Both the position numbers and the translations under genes were made by a program. A DNA stretch of 64,000 nt, from NCBI GenBank assembly GCA_964252035.1, contig OZ176200.1; one strand, given 5' to 3'. Shown piece after piece: positions 53,348 through 64,000 of this stretch. Numbering within the stretch: position 1 is the stretch's first letter; each line of letters opens with the position of its first letter. Below the pieces are notes generated by a model. The model saw only the letters and a program-made list of their open reading frames with translations, was not told the origin of the DNA and did no database searches. This stretch comes from Podarcis erhardii (taxonomy: Eukaryota).

Positions 53348-53349
53348 AA
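53300..53349. repeat. (AAAG)n microsatellite
   Basis: Direct reading. Confidence 0.95.
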
Positions 53350-53370
53350 AACATTTTATAGGAAGGAGAT

Positions 53371-53466
53371 TGAGGCTGCACTCCTATACACATCTACTCA
53401 AAAGTAAGTCTCATTGAGTTCCATGGGGCTTGCTCCCAGAGTAGTATATATAGGATTGCAGCCTCA
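53371..53466. mobile_element. ~96-bp palindromic MITE-like element (best copy of a family with many degraded copies here)
   Basis: tgaggctgcactcctata / tataggattgcagcctca termini (17/18 complementary) with an internal gtaagtctcattgagttccatggggctt arm. Confidence 0.75.
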
Positions 53467-56414
53467 AGAAAAAATATTTTTAAATGTAAGGTATAAAGAC
53501 TTTAACTTTCTCCACCAATCTACAGTAAAATGCAACAAATGGAATCAAAGCAAAAACTACATCAATAAAACTGTTTCTCAACCCCTTTATACTATTACTC
53601 TACAAATGGACGGCATCACTTAACAATATTGTGCATTAACAATACAATAAGTTCTCTAATAAGTTTCCATGAAATGACAATTTATTTAAAAACGCATCAT
53701 TTGTAATTCTATTCTCATAAGACCATTTAGATGCATGGGTCTTTTCAATTCTAATAGACCTGCTAATAGTCCCTCACAAAAGAATTTATTCAGGCCCTTG
53801 ACCTCAGATTGATACAACTGCACCACATAATCAGAATTAAGAGATGAGTCAAAGTAATATTCAGTAGTATCAAGGGGGTCAAACTGGTCCTTCAGCAACC
53901 CATGTACCATACATGCGAAGGTGATTTCAAAATCACTGCAGCAGCCCCTTTCCCTTTGTGGTGTCTGAAGCCTTTGTACACACTTTAAGGAACAGTTTTT
54001 TCAATAAAATATTTAACATACTATACATACAGCCCATAGATTTTCTTTGTGAAAAGAACAATAGTGGGAAATCACGATTATTATTATTTTTAAGTCTACT
54101 GAGCGGGATTTACAGGAAGGTCTTAGAGACCTGCCAGTATACATTTTTATATTTTAAAGGAACACAGCAGAAACCCCAGATTCAATTCCACAGCAAATGA
54201 AAATAGCTGTAAAGTTATATATATAAGAATTGATAATCAGATTGAGGTTTTCCTACTGCATACGAGTCAGGTAAACAGACCACCACAATCACAAATATTT
54301 TCTACATATCTCAGGGTGTGAGCAAGTGCCCATTTTGCTTGGGAGAGAAGATTTGGTCATACAGTGACTACAGTTTGGATGTAACAGTAAGCTATCGCTT
54401 CACATTATGTGAATGAGCCTCGGACTTGTGTGCTTTCCCCTATTATTTCTTCCCTGGAGTGGTTGCAAGAAGATCAAAAGAGTTTGCATCTTTTAAAAAC
54501 CACTCATTACTCATTATGTCTGAATCTAGGTTTAGCTTTGTGCTTTAGAAAGGGGTGGGGAACCTTTCCCCTATGACTGACAGGAAAAAAAGAGTTGGGT
54601 GTGGCAGCTGGTACCAGGCATAGTAGCAACCAATGTTTGCTGAAGCCAGAGTCGGAGGCGGGGCAAAAAACATATGATCTGCCTCATATAGCTGTCTAGT
54701 AGGTAGGAGGAATCAGCAAAAATGAGGTACTCTGACTTTCAGGAATAAAGTGCTTTCTGGTGCAGCAAAGCCACCAATGGATACAACCTATTAATTTCAT
54801 TAACTCTGTGTTGGGTTATGGCCAAGAGTATTTTAAAAAACAAAGTGAAGAGGTCAACTCATCAGCAAATACAGATCCCCTTGCCTCCAAAGTAAAACAC
54901 CATCATGAAAATACTTTACACCAGCTTAGGTTCAGGCCCAAAGTGTATAAAGGTTTTTCAGAACAGGCTCCTTAATTCCCTTGAATCTGCATTATGTTAT
55001 GTAGTCTGTTGATGCTTGAATTAATGTGCAAGTTGTTAATCTCTCTAGACCTAGATTTAAAATTAGACAAAGCAATAATTAGTTTGGCACCATCATTTTG
55101 CTACCCAGAGAGTAATAATATAGGTCATAAAATACAAGAGAGCCCATTACAAGTTTTTTTTTTTTTTTTAAACACACATTGTTACTGGGGAAAGATACAT
55201 AGGTGCAGAAATTTGAAAATAAATTATGGTTAGGCAGCAAAATAAATTAAAGTTTTTTTTGTAAATCCAACCCTATGGGTGATCTTTTTGTTTTTATTAG
55301 CATTTTAATGCTAAAGTGGCGAAGCAGCCAAATCTAGAACCTTCAAGGAGCTGCTGTTACCAATTTGCCAAGCACTCCCCTATTGCATCCATGCTGACCT
55401 TGACACTGTTGTGGCAGAGTCAGAGAATGATGGGAGCTCGGATACCATTGAGCATTGCTAGGCCAGATAACTTTCAACTTGTTTCCCCTGAGACTGTGGA
55501 CTAACTGCTTGGAGTGGTGAGGCTAGTCCTTAAAGGCTACTCATTAAAAAGCCAAATTCTTTGGCCATGGACAATAAATAAATAATTTAATTGAAAACAA
55601 AATTCAGGATCAGGATTGTGATTGTGATGCACAACAAGCAGTGTTTTAACCATTTCTCCCCACACCAGTATCAATGACACCCCCCTCCCTAACTGTTGAT
55701 ACTGGTAGTGAAGCTTTCACTGATATTAATATTTAGATTTTCTTACATTACAATCATCACTTTAGAGCCTCATCTGAATGGTTTCTGAATTCTGAGCTTC
55801 CCCCACCTCTAAATATTCCAGAAAATGTGCCTAATTACATTCTGAGAATACAAGCCTGAAACAGGATAAACATGGAATAGCCACATAGAAAGCATAGTCC
55901 TTTTGTATGTGCATCTCAGTTTGTTTTCAGGGCAAAAGACTGCAGAGGAACAATGCAATTGCTTGCATTGGCTACTTTGTCCTGCCTTCCAATCACTCTT
56001 GCTTTATTTTTAGTTAAACATGAGAGATCAGGAAGTCATCAAATATCATAATTGGTCTTGATTTCTCAGGATATTTTGAGCTACATGCCATATCCAACAA
56101 CAGTACATTGGCATTGTATTGAATCATTATGTTAAAACATCTCAGTATCCAGTTGCATATATTTTGCAAGTATTTAATTGCATGCAAAAAGCATCACATA
56201 GCAACATTAAGTATGTGTGTGTGTATACATAGCACTACACAAGTGCATAAATAAACAGAGAGCGGAAGAGATAGGTATAGAATGTAGATTCATTGCTATA
56301 AATGCATATATATTCATAACTCATTTAATGCGGAGCTTCTTGTGTAATGCAAGCCACTGATACAAAGTTGCTAATGATAATTATAGAAGTGATGCTGATT
56401 TAGTCATTTCAAGA

Positions 56415-56570
56415 NNNNNNNNNNNNNNNNNNNNNNNNNNNNNNNNNNNNNNNNNNNNNNNNNNNNNNNNNNNNNNNNNNNNNNNNNNNNNNNNNNNNNN
56501 NNNNNNNNNNNNNNNNNNNNNNNNNNNNNNNNNNNNNNNNNNNNNNNNNNNNNNNNNNNNNNNNNNNNNN
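56415..56570. other. Isolated N run (156 bp)
   Basis: Direct reading. Confidence 0.98.
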
Positions 56571-57539
56571 AACCAGAAACAATAATTTGCAGAAAGCATC
56601 TCATGTACCACAGCTGACTGCTGCAATCATTTGGTCAACCTGTTAAAGATCAAACAGTATTCTTCACTATTCTCAGTGGTATCTTTGTAATAAAGTAGCA
56701 GCAAACAGACAATGTTTGCTTCTGGTCAGTTTTAAAGAATGTTCAGTTTATCAGTAGAGACTTTAATCTCAAGCTTCATAGAGTACAAAGAGAACATTGA
56801 TCCTACTGTGTTGTCCTTTAGGCCACAAGGCATGAGCATTTTTACATTCATTTGTCACAAAGCAAAAAAAGAAAGAAGGAAGTTAATACTTTGAAAACAC
56901 CAAATGCCATCTTTTAAAACAGAATAATTTCCTATTTCTTTCTCTCTCTCTTTCATCCCCCAACTCATCTTTTTTTCTTCCTGCTATCTGATTAGGCTTC
57001 TGTTCCACCATACTTCACAGTTGTAACTAGTGGAGAAGAGCTCCAGTGCAGGATTTCATGATTCTGGATTCCCGCCAAGTCACCCATTAGCTAGTGACCT
57101 GGTGCTCGTGTTGAATAGAGCAATATCATTCATACAGGTCCACTGTTTTGGGTTCTGCTGTGAGTAGCCTACATGAAGAATGGCACTTTACCCCAGTTAG
57201 GTAAAGAAATGTGTCACAACCAGAGTAATTATTTCTGGTGAGACCAGGTCTGCAGATGAAAAGGAATTAGATTAAATTCACACTATGCGTGTTCTGCAGT
57301 TTATTTTGCATTTTCATTTACAGAAATAAAACAAAATGAATTACTTCCTTGACCATAGAATTGTTCCCCCCCCCCGAAAGTTGCTGCAAAAAGAATAGTG
57401 TGTGCAGCACAATAGGCCTATGCAGGCATATCTTTATCAGAGTGAAGGGGGACAAGTATGCTAGCTCTTTCCCCGCATTACAGACCCTATCGCTTTCCCA
57501 TGAGTTGGATCGCTTTTGAAGTGGAACACCTACTTTGCT

Positions 57540-58596
57540 CATGGAGGTTGCCCATGACCAGGCCACGCTAACCCATGATTTAGTTATACAAAACGTTGAC
57601 CACTGAAAATGGCTCAGAAAGATCAGCTGGTTCAAAATGTGGCCACCAGAGTCCTGGATGCCAGTGTAGTTTTGACCCCACTTCAAAGTGCTGTTTTTTA
57701 AATCTATAAAGCCATAAACAATTTGGGCCTGAGCCAGTTGAAGGATTGCATGGAGCCACATCAACATGTTGTTTAGTTGTTTAGTCGTGTCCGACTCTTC
57801 GTGACCCCATGGACCAGAGCATGCCAGGCACTCCTGTCTTCCACTGCCTCCCGCAGTTTGGTCAAACTCATGCTGGTAGCTTCGAGAACACTGTCCAACC
57901 ATCTCGTCCTCTGTCGTCCCCTTCTCCTTGTGCCCTCTATCTTTCCCAACATCAGGGTCTTTTCCAGGGAGTCTTCTCTTCTCATGAGATGGCCAAAGTA
58001 TTGGAGCCTCAGCTTCAGGATCTGTCCTTCCAGTGAACACTCAGGGCTGATTTCCTTAAGAATGGATAGGTTTGATCTTCTTGCAGTCCATTGGACTCTC
58101 AAGAATCTCCTCCTGCACCATAATTCAAAAGCATCAATTCTTCGGCGATCAGCCTTCTTTATGGTCCAACTCTCACATGAACATCCTCCAAATTTGCCCA
58201 CCACTTAAATTATCAGTGTAGGCAAGCATGAGGGAGAGGGCTGTTTCTGTAGTAGCCCTGCAGATCTGGAACTCGCTCACATCTGATGTGCAGAAGGCTT
58301 CCACAGCTCTGGTCCTTTTGAAATACCTAGTGGCCTTCACATGACTGGGAAGGCTGGGCTATGCTTCTTTACATTGCTCTGCTGGCAGTTTATGTCTCAT
58401 ATCTTTGACTGGGTGTGGTTTTTCATGTTGTTGTTACTGCCAGCTTAGTAACTTTGGAGATATTGTCGTATTAAATGCCTCTATATATTTATATTGTTGA
58501 TATCGTATTGAATTTTTATTACGGGAGCTGCCTTCAGTGAATTGTACTCAGAAAGGCAGCCTATAAATATTAAGAAAAATAAATAAATAAATAAAT
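57540..58596 (+). mobile_element. Old L2 LINE 3' portion, interrupted by BovB
   Basis: cagctggttcaaaatgtggcc, ttcaaagtgctg...ctataaagccataaacaatttgggcc L2 motifs, and an (aaat)n tail at ~58577-58596. Confidence 0.6.
57768..58174 (-). mobile_element. BovB (RTE) LINE 3' fragment, 5'-truncated, young
   Basis: Open minus-strand frame ESWTIKKADRRRIDAFELWC...RRRGRQRTRWLD...HGVTKSRTRLNN, characteristic of the BovB ORF end. (CAACTAAA)-type tail. TSD acatcaacat (57758-57767) / acatgaacat (58175-58184). Confidence 0.95.
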
Positions 58597-59279
58597 TTCA
58601 GGGCTTAAAATCATACAGGGAGCCTACATGAGTAGGCTGGTTCCCCACTACAAATGCTTGCCTGCAACTGAAGGAGAACAATAAGTGCAGTTATGGGGGC
58701 ATGGGGTGGAGCTGGGATGCTCAACCCCACACTCCGTCAGGTAACAGCATTTGAAATTAGGATGACTAAATAGGACTAGTAACAATAAATATTCCAATAG
58801 GGTATAGGACTGCAGCCTAAGAACACCTGTATTTCCTATTGGCTGATGCTTAGGTAGATATCCCCTCACTGTTCTTGGTTTTATAATGGGCTGCAGCTGA
58901 GCTTCTCATTAGCAGTCCGTTCCCTCTTCTGTTTTGCATGAAACAATGTGGCATAGCTGGTCCTGATCCACCACTAGATATGGCCAAATCTCTCGATTTC
59001 AGTTTCTCTCATTTTTCCAATCTTAAATTCAGTTCTCGACATTTCTGCTGCCATCTGTGATTTTTAAAACTTGCTTCGGACATTTTTTTTTTAGCACTTT
59101 AGTGTGAAGTTTCCCTAACAGGCATATTTTTGCAAGCAGTTTTGACTAATATACACATTTTTGCAAGATATTTCTGCTAATATACCGCATATCTGTATAT
59201 TGCTTTCACAAATATATGCATCTATATCCACACTTTATCCTAATATACACATTTTTGTACACATCTGTTGGCTGAAGAA

Positions 59280-59378
59280 GGACCACTCCCATCATCCCTG
59301 ATCTCTGGCCATCTTGGTTGGAGATGGTGGGACTTGGAGTCAAACAACATATGGAGGGCATCAGGTTGGGGAAGGCTG
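59280..59378. mobile_element. hAT MITE (right part), adjacent to an AT-rich unclassified repeat (~58960-59270)
   Basis: ctcccatcatccctga...gatggtgggacttggagtc...ggagggcatcaggttggggaaggctg. Confidence 0.55.
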
Positions 59379-62300
59379 CCATGGGGTATCAGTAGTTTTG
59401 GTGTGTTTTCTCTCCTTAAGAATACATCCTCACTGGACAGTATTCTCTACTGTCCTGCGCTTCCCACTCTATTTTCAGTGGCCTGTGCTTGGCCTCCCCC
59501 CCCCCCCCAGCTCTTTCTCTGTTATGGTTGTATGTTGGTTCCTCAGCAATGACAGCACATGTTGGCACCACTAAGGTGCTTTCCTCTGATATGCTTTTAC
59601 ACTTCTAGCACCAATCATATGGCTTTCTTTTAATTGTGTGTTAGAGCTTGTTTAGTCCAAAGCAATAGTGACAAGATGTCTCTCAAGGCCAGATAATTAT
59701 CATTTATTTTGTGGTGCCAATAGAGAGTCTTCAAAATAAGATGAACTCAGGGGTATTGGCATGATTATTATTTTTCAGAGAAGCTATGATCAGCCTTATT
59801 CTCAGAAGCAGCCTACAAGAAATCTGTCAAATTTTGAGGATAACAACCAAATTCCCTCATGCAAATTTTATACTAGGTATCCAGCAGATGTGATCTCTGG
59901 TAATGAAATATGTGTATATAAAGCTTAATTTGGTTGTTCGTATCTCAGGAGGATATTGGGATGGGGGAAAATACCCAACTTGTAACACATGTTGGATTTT
60001 GAAAGCCATCCTTATAAACTTATATGTGCTTGGCAACTGTGTCCTGTTTAAACTGCAATATTGCCTTGTGCCTAGGTGGGCATCATGCCACTCTAGCAGA
60101 TGGGCATGAGTTTAAGTGAGCCAGCATAGTAGTACATACTTTTCAGGGTCCAGGCACCTATCATACCTGTAAAAAGCACTGCATCTAGGATTAGAGAGCT
60201 ATACTAGTCCCCTCTAAATCATACACCGATTTGAACAGATATCTAGGATACAAAGAATGAACGGGACTAAAAGTCAGAACATCTACTATATCTTTTTGGA
60301 AAATAGTTTGTCTGTCTGTTCTCTGTAAGTTTGGCTGCCTCTCAGAATATCACCACCAAACTTGACAGTTGAGTGCTGGGCGCCATTTTAAATCAATATG
60401 CTGCACCAAAATGTGACTTCATCTGTTTGCTTGCCATAAGTTCATCTGCCTCATCACAAAAGTAATCACAAGAACCAAACTGCAATACTTAAATGACTCT
60501 GAAGGTATTGTATCCTAAGGATGTTGGATGGAGTCTTGTACACCTTCTTCCAACAACTCCAGCCAAGCTGGTGCCAAATGTATTGTTCTGCTTTCCTTTG
60601 GACCACATTAGTGGGGCTGAGAGGGGGATATTGTTGTATGAGCAGCCCAGGACCTCCATGCACACTGTCCTGGCTTGCACCCCAGGGAGATCAATTTGGT
60701 GCTGCTAATGCAGTGGTTTGACTTCACTCCTGGAGGAGCACTCCATTGTCTCTTGAGACAGATGGATGACAACAATATTGTGTGGAGGGACCCTCAATGT
60801 GTATAGTTACGTAGTTTTCCCTTGCTTGGCTGGCTTTTCTTTCACAGATAGCTGGTGTCGGGGGGGGGGCAGGGACAGAACAGTGCTGAGACAGATTGGG
60901 ACCATAGCAAGTGGGGAGGGAGCTTAATCTTTTGCTGCCAGTGTTGTCCTGATTAGAATCACCCATCCAATTGCTAATCTCACAGGGAGGAAAGCTCCCC
61001 TTGACACCAACGAGAGCTTTATTCTCATTGCAAATAGCCAGCACTGGGGACAGGAAGAACTGTGGTGGGGCAAATGAAGTTCTTCACACACTCCCTCCCA
61101 TGCTTATTAAGCCAAAATAAGCTACAAAATGGCAAAGAATGTGAAAAACATTTTTAAAAAAACATTTCTAGTTTTCTTTGTTTTCATTTTTTTCTGTGGA
61201 TTTTATCATGCTGCTGCTTTTAGATATGTTATTAGCAACCTTGGAAACATTTGATTGAGAGTCAGGGTTTACATTTCTTAAATACATACATGAATTAGTT
61301 CAGGAAAATATAAACTGGTAGGATTGCGGAGGCATCAGACACTATTATATAAGATGCTTAAGTCTGCATGTACCACACAGTCTCATGAACACTACCACTA
61401 TTGTTTCAGATGAGGATATAGGCCTTTACCACTCCCTTGCAGTTTTATTGACAAATTCCCTTTCTATTTTGTGTAAGAGTTGAAATTCAATGATAAGTCA
61501 TATAAGCTCGCTCTATAGAGAATCTGTAACACTGCTCCCAGGCACACTGCAATGATTGGAACCACAAGCCAAACACGCTTTAGACGCTTAAAAATCTCGC
61601 AATCTACTGCATATATATAATGGAGCTTTCAGCTAGTACACTGCAGCTACTCATAAATGCATTTGCCTTAGGGGCATGAAATCAGAGTAGTTATTTGTAT
61701 TACACTGAAATAGCCATGGCTACAGAGGAATTTACATAATAAATACACCTGCCTGCTTTAAAACATAGTGTGCAACTTTTGCAATGTGTGTGGGTAGTGG
61801 TGGGGGTAGGTTAGAGAGGTATGTGTGTGTAGAAAACATGCGGATTTCAAAGTTACCCAAGCAGTTTATTCAATAAATGCTTGAAATGCTGCTGTGTTGT
61901 ATTTTAACATGCAATCATCTGATAGCCAAAGGATGGTTCCAAATTTACGAATGATATTAAGTAAATTTGGCATTGCAATGAATGTTGTTCACGTTCAAGT
62001 CAATGGTCACTTGTTGTGGCTTTCAAGAAGATTAAAATTTGGTAAACTTGCATCCCTTGTAAGAATGTCTCTTTCAGTATTCAAAATTATACAAAAACCA
62101 AAAAGAGAGAGAAAGAAATATATCAAACACCACAGCACCACAAGATAGTTTTAAAGTGAACTTGACAACTTATATCCTTTTACTCCCTACTTTGTTATAA
62201 CCGGTTGCCCTTTTAACAGTAAGAGACCCCTCAGGATATTAAAACATGACTGCAAATGAAAAAAGGTGTTCAGATGCATCCAGTTCATCTGGACATTAAG

Positions 62301-63539
62301 AGATTATGTGTCAGTCTACTTTTAAAAATGTAAGCAAGTCTGATAACTCAGACCCTCTCCCGATGTTAGCAGTGTGGAAGCCACTACAGCCTGTCTTCTT
62401 CCAGCTCTGCTTCACTAAAGCCAGAAGACCTTGGCCATATAAGAGAGAGCCCACAGCATGGTTCCATTTCCATGTCCTTCCTTTCAGAAACTGGAACTTT
62501 ACATATACCAAGCTACTTCACACCATAGAGATGCTTAAAGTTGCAGGGGAGACAACCAAAAATTCAGTCTAATTTTGTGACTTGCAAATATCAAAAGCTA
62601 CACAGTCTTTCTGACATAATAGAGCCCTCTTGCATTAACTGTGCTGATTAATACAACATAGTAAGGGTAACATATTTCATAGGATGGACTTTGTAACAGT
62701 ATATGAGCTCTTAATCCAACAACTAGAGGGTTTTGTACAACTGAAAAACATACATATTTTTTACACCAAAAGAGGTCCAATAAAACATTTAGCACACCTA
62801 TTTTTCATTGCATATATTCTACAACATCTAAGCAACAGCTGCCTATTTCAACCTTAAATAGTGGCCAGTGCCGGCTTAGTCTTGGGTAAGCATTGTTTGA
62901 TTTATGAGAATCCTCTGAAGATTGATGTGAGATAGCATAGTCTTTTATCTGGTTGGTCTTCTGTCTTTCTGGTTTGGCTTAATTCCTTACAACACTTTTG
63001 ACTAGCGCTGCCTGTATTCTCAAGGCAGAGTTTTCTGTTCTTCTTCTTTTTTTAACCACAAGATCATTCACAAGATTCCATGTTTCTAATTTACTGAAAG
63101 TCGCAAATCCTTGCCACACTCTCACAATAATGTCTGTATTATAAATTATTTGAACTCTTGCAGTCAATCACTTTCAAACACAAAGGTAACATGGCAGCAC
63201 ATCTTCCCAAAGGGATGCTGCCTTCTGTCGTTGACTCCAGATATCTAAAATGAGACAAGAATGACACACTGAACATTTCAGCATGGTGATTTCCTGGTTA
63301 TTAGTTACATTCAAGTTCTTAGTGCAGCCTGGGACATGCAGTTACTATATCAAGGTCTACAGCTTTTTGGCTAAATCATGCTTCCCTGCTCCGTGCATAT
63401 AAATACATACTCCCACAAAAAAAGCAATTTTTCTGGCTATTTCCAGTAACATGCTCAGCAGAGACAACTTTCCACTGGTATGTTATCATTTAGAGTGACT
63501 CAAAACACATGCTTAGCTTGCTTGCTAGGAGAACATCTG

Positions 63540-63795
63540 AAGAAGAGGAAGAAGAGGAGGAGGAGGGGGAGTTTGGATTTGATATCCCACCTTTCACTCC
63601 ACTTAAGGAGCCTCAAGGAGGCTAACAATCTCCTTTTCCTTACTCCCCCACAACAAACACTCTGTGAGGTGAGTGAGGCTGAGAGACTTCAGAGAAGTGT
63701 GACTAGCCCAAGGTCACCCAGCAGCTGCATGTAGAGGAGCAGGGAAGCAAACCCAGTTCACCAGATTACGAGACCACTGCTATTAACCACTACAC
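63540..63795 (-). mobile_element. tRNA-derived SINE (Squam3/MIR-like), near full length
   Basis: Purine tail then tttggatttgatatccc...cccccacaacaaacactctgtgaggtgag...gtgactagcccaaggtcacccagc...ttaaccactacac. The reverse complement contains an A-box GTGTAGTGG and a B-box-like segment. Confidence 0.85.
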
Positions 63796-64000
63796 CATGG
63801 GTAGGCAAACTAAGGCCCGGGGGCCGGATTCGGCCCAATCGCCTTCTAAATCCGGGAATCAGCATGTTTTTACATGAGTAGAATGTGTGCTTTTATTTAA
63901 AATGCATCTATGGGTTATTTTGGGGGCATAGGAATTGGTTCATCCCCCCCCATATAGCCCGGCCCCCCACAAGGTCTGAGGGACAGTGGATCGGCCCCCT
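63796..64000 (+). mobile_element. hAT MITE (runs off window end)
   Basis: catgggtaggcaaactaaggcccgggggccgg...ggccccccacaaggtctgagggacagtggatcggccccct, a hAT-type terminus with GGCCC subterminal repeats. Confidence 0.8.

Noticed and set aside
53686-53910. 74-aa minus-strand ORF faintly reminiscent of LINE RT (LLKDQFDPL)
   Set aside because: Similarity too weak to assign without an HMM search.
63700-63795. tRNA-like A/B-box sequence
   Set aside because: It is a SINE head; no complete cloverleaf and it is joined to SINE body sequence.
1-64000. Prokaryotic or viral systems (CRISPR, operons, rRNA, defence loci)
   Set aside because: The sequence is clearly vertebrate nuclear DNA; no such structures seen.

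Overview
Vertebrate genomic DNA. The repeat content (BovB and a second RTE LINE, L2, CR1, tRNA-derived MIR/Squam-like SINEs, pogo/Tc1 and hAT MITEs) points to a squamate, most likely a lacertid lizard. The window holds the 5' end of the fidgetin gene (FIGN) on the minus strand. It has a CpG-island promoter (~45.4-47.4 kb), a non-coding exon 1 ending at a consensus donor at 46051, and exon 2 whose only coding content is 25 nt (45000->44976, MISSTSVY-G). The first ~45 kb of the very large intron 2 follows (44975->1). The AAA-ATPase-coding exon lies outside the window. Positions ~47.4-64 kb are upstream intergenic DNA rich in decayed TEs. No other protein-coding gene is supported: ORF-track entries are TE remnants, GC-rich noise or N-run artefacts. 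Nine short N runs (132-364 bp) sit in unique, TE-poor sequence and in the FIGN 5'UTR, not in repeats, and may be masked ultraconserved elements. Other highlights are a TALE/homeobox-dense enhancer-like block at ~41 kb, two hAT MITEs inserted at the same 8-bp site in SINE A-boxes, an 84-bp decayed palindrome and a candidate stop-containing cassette exon. I see no convincing wholly new system; the best leads are regulatory and TE-biology hypotheses.
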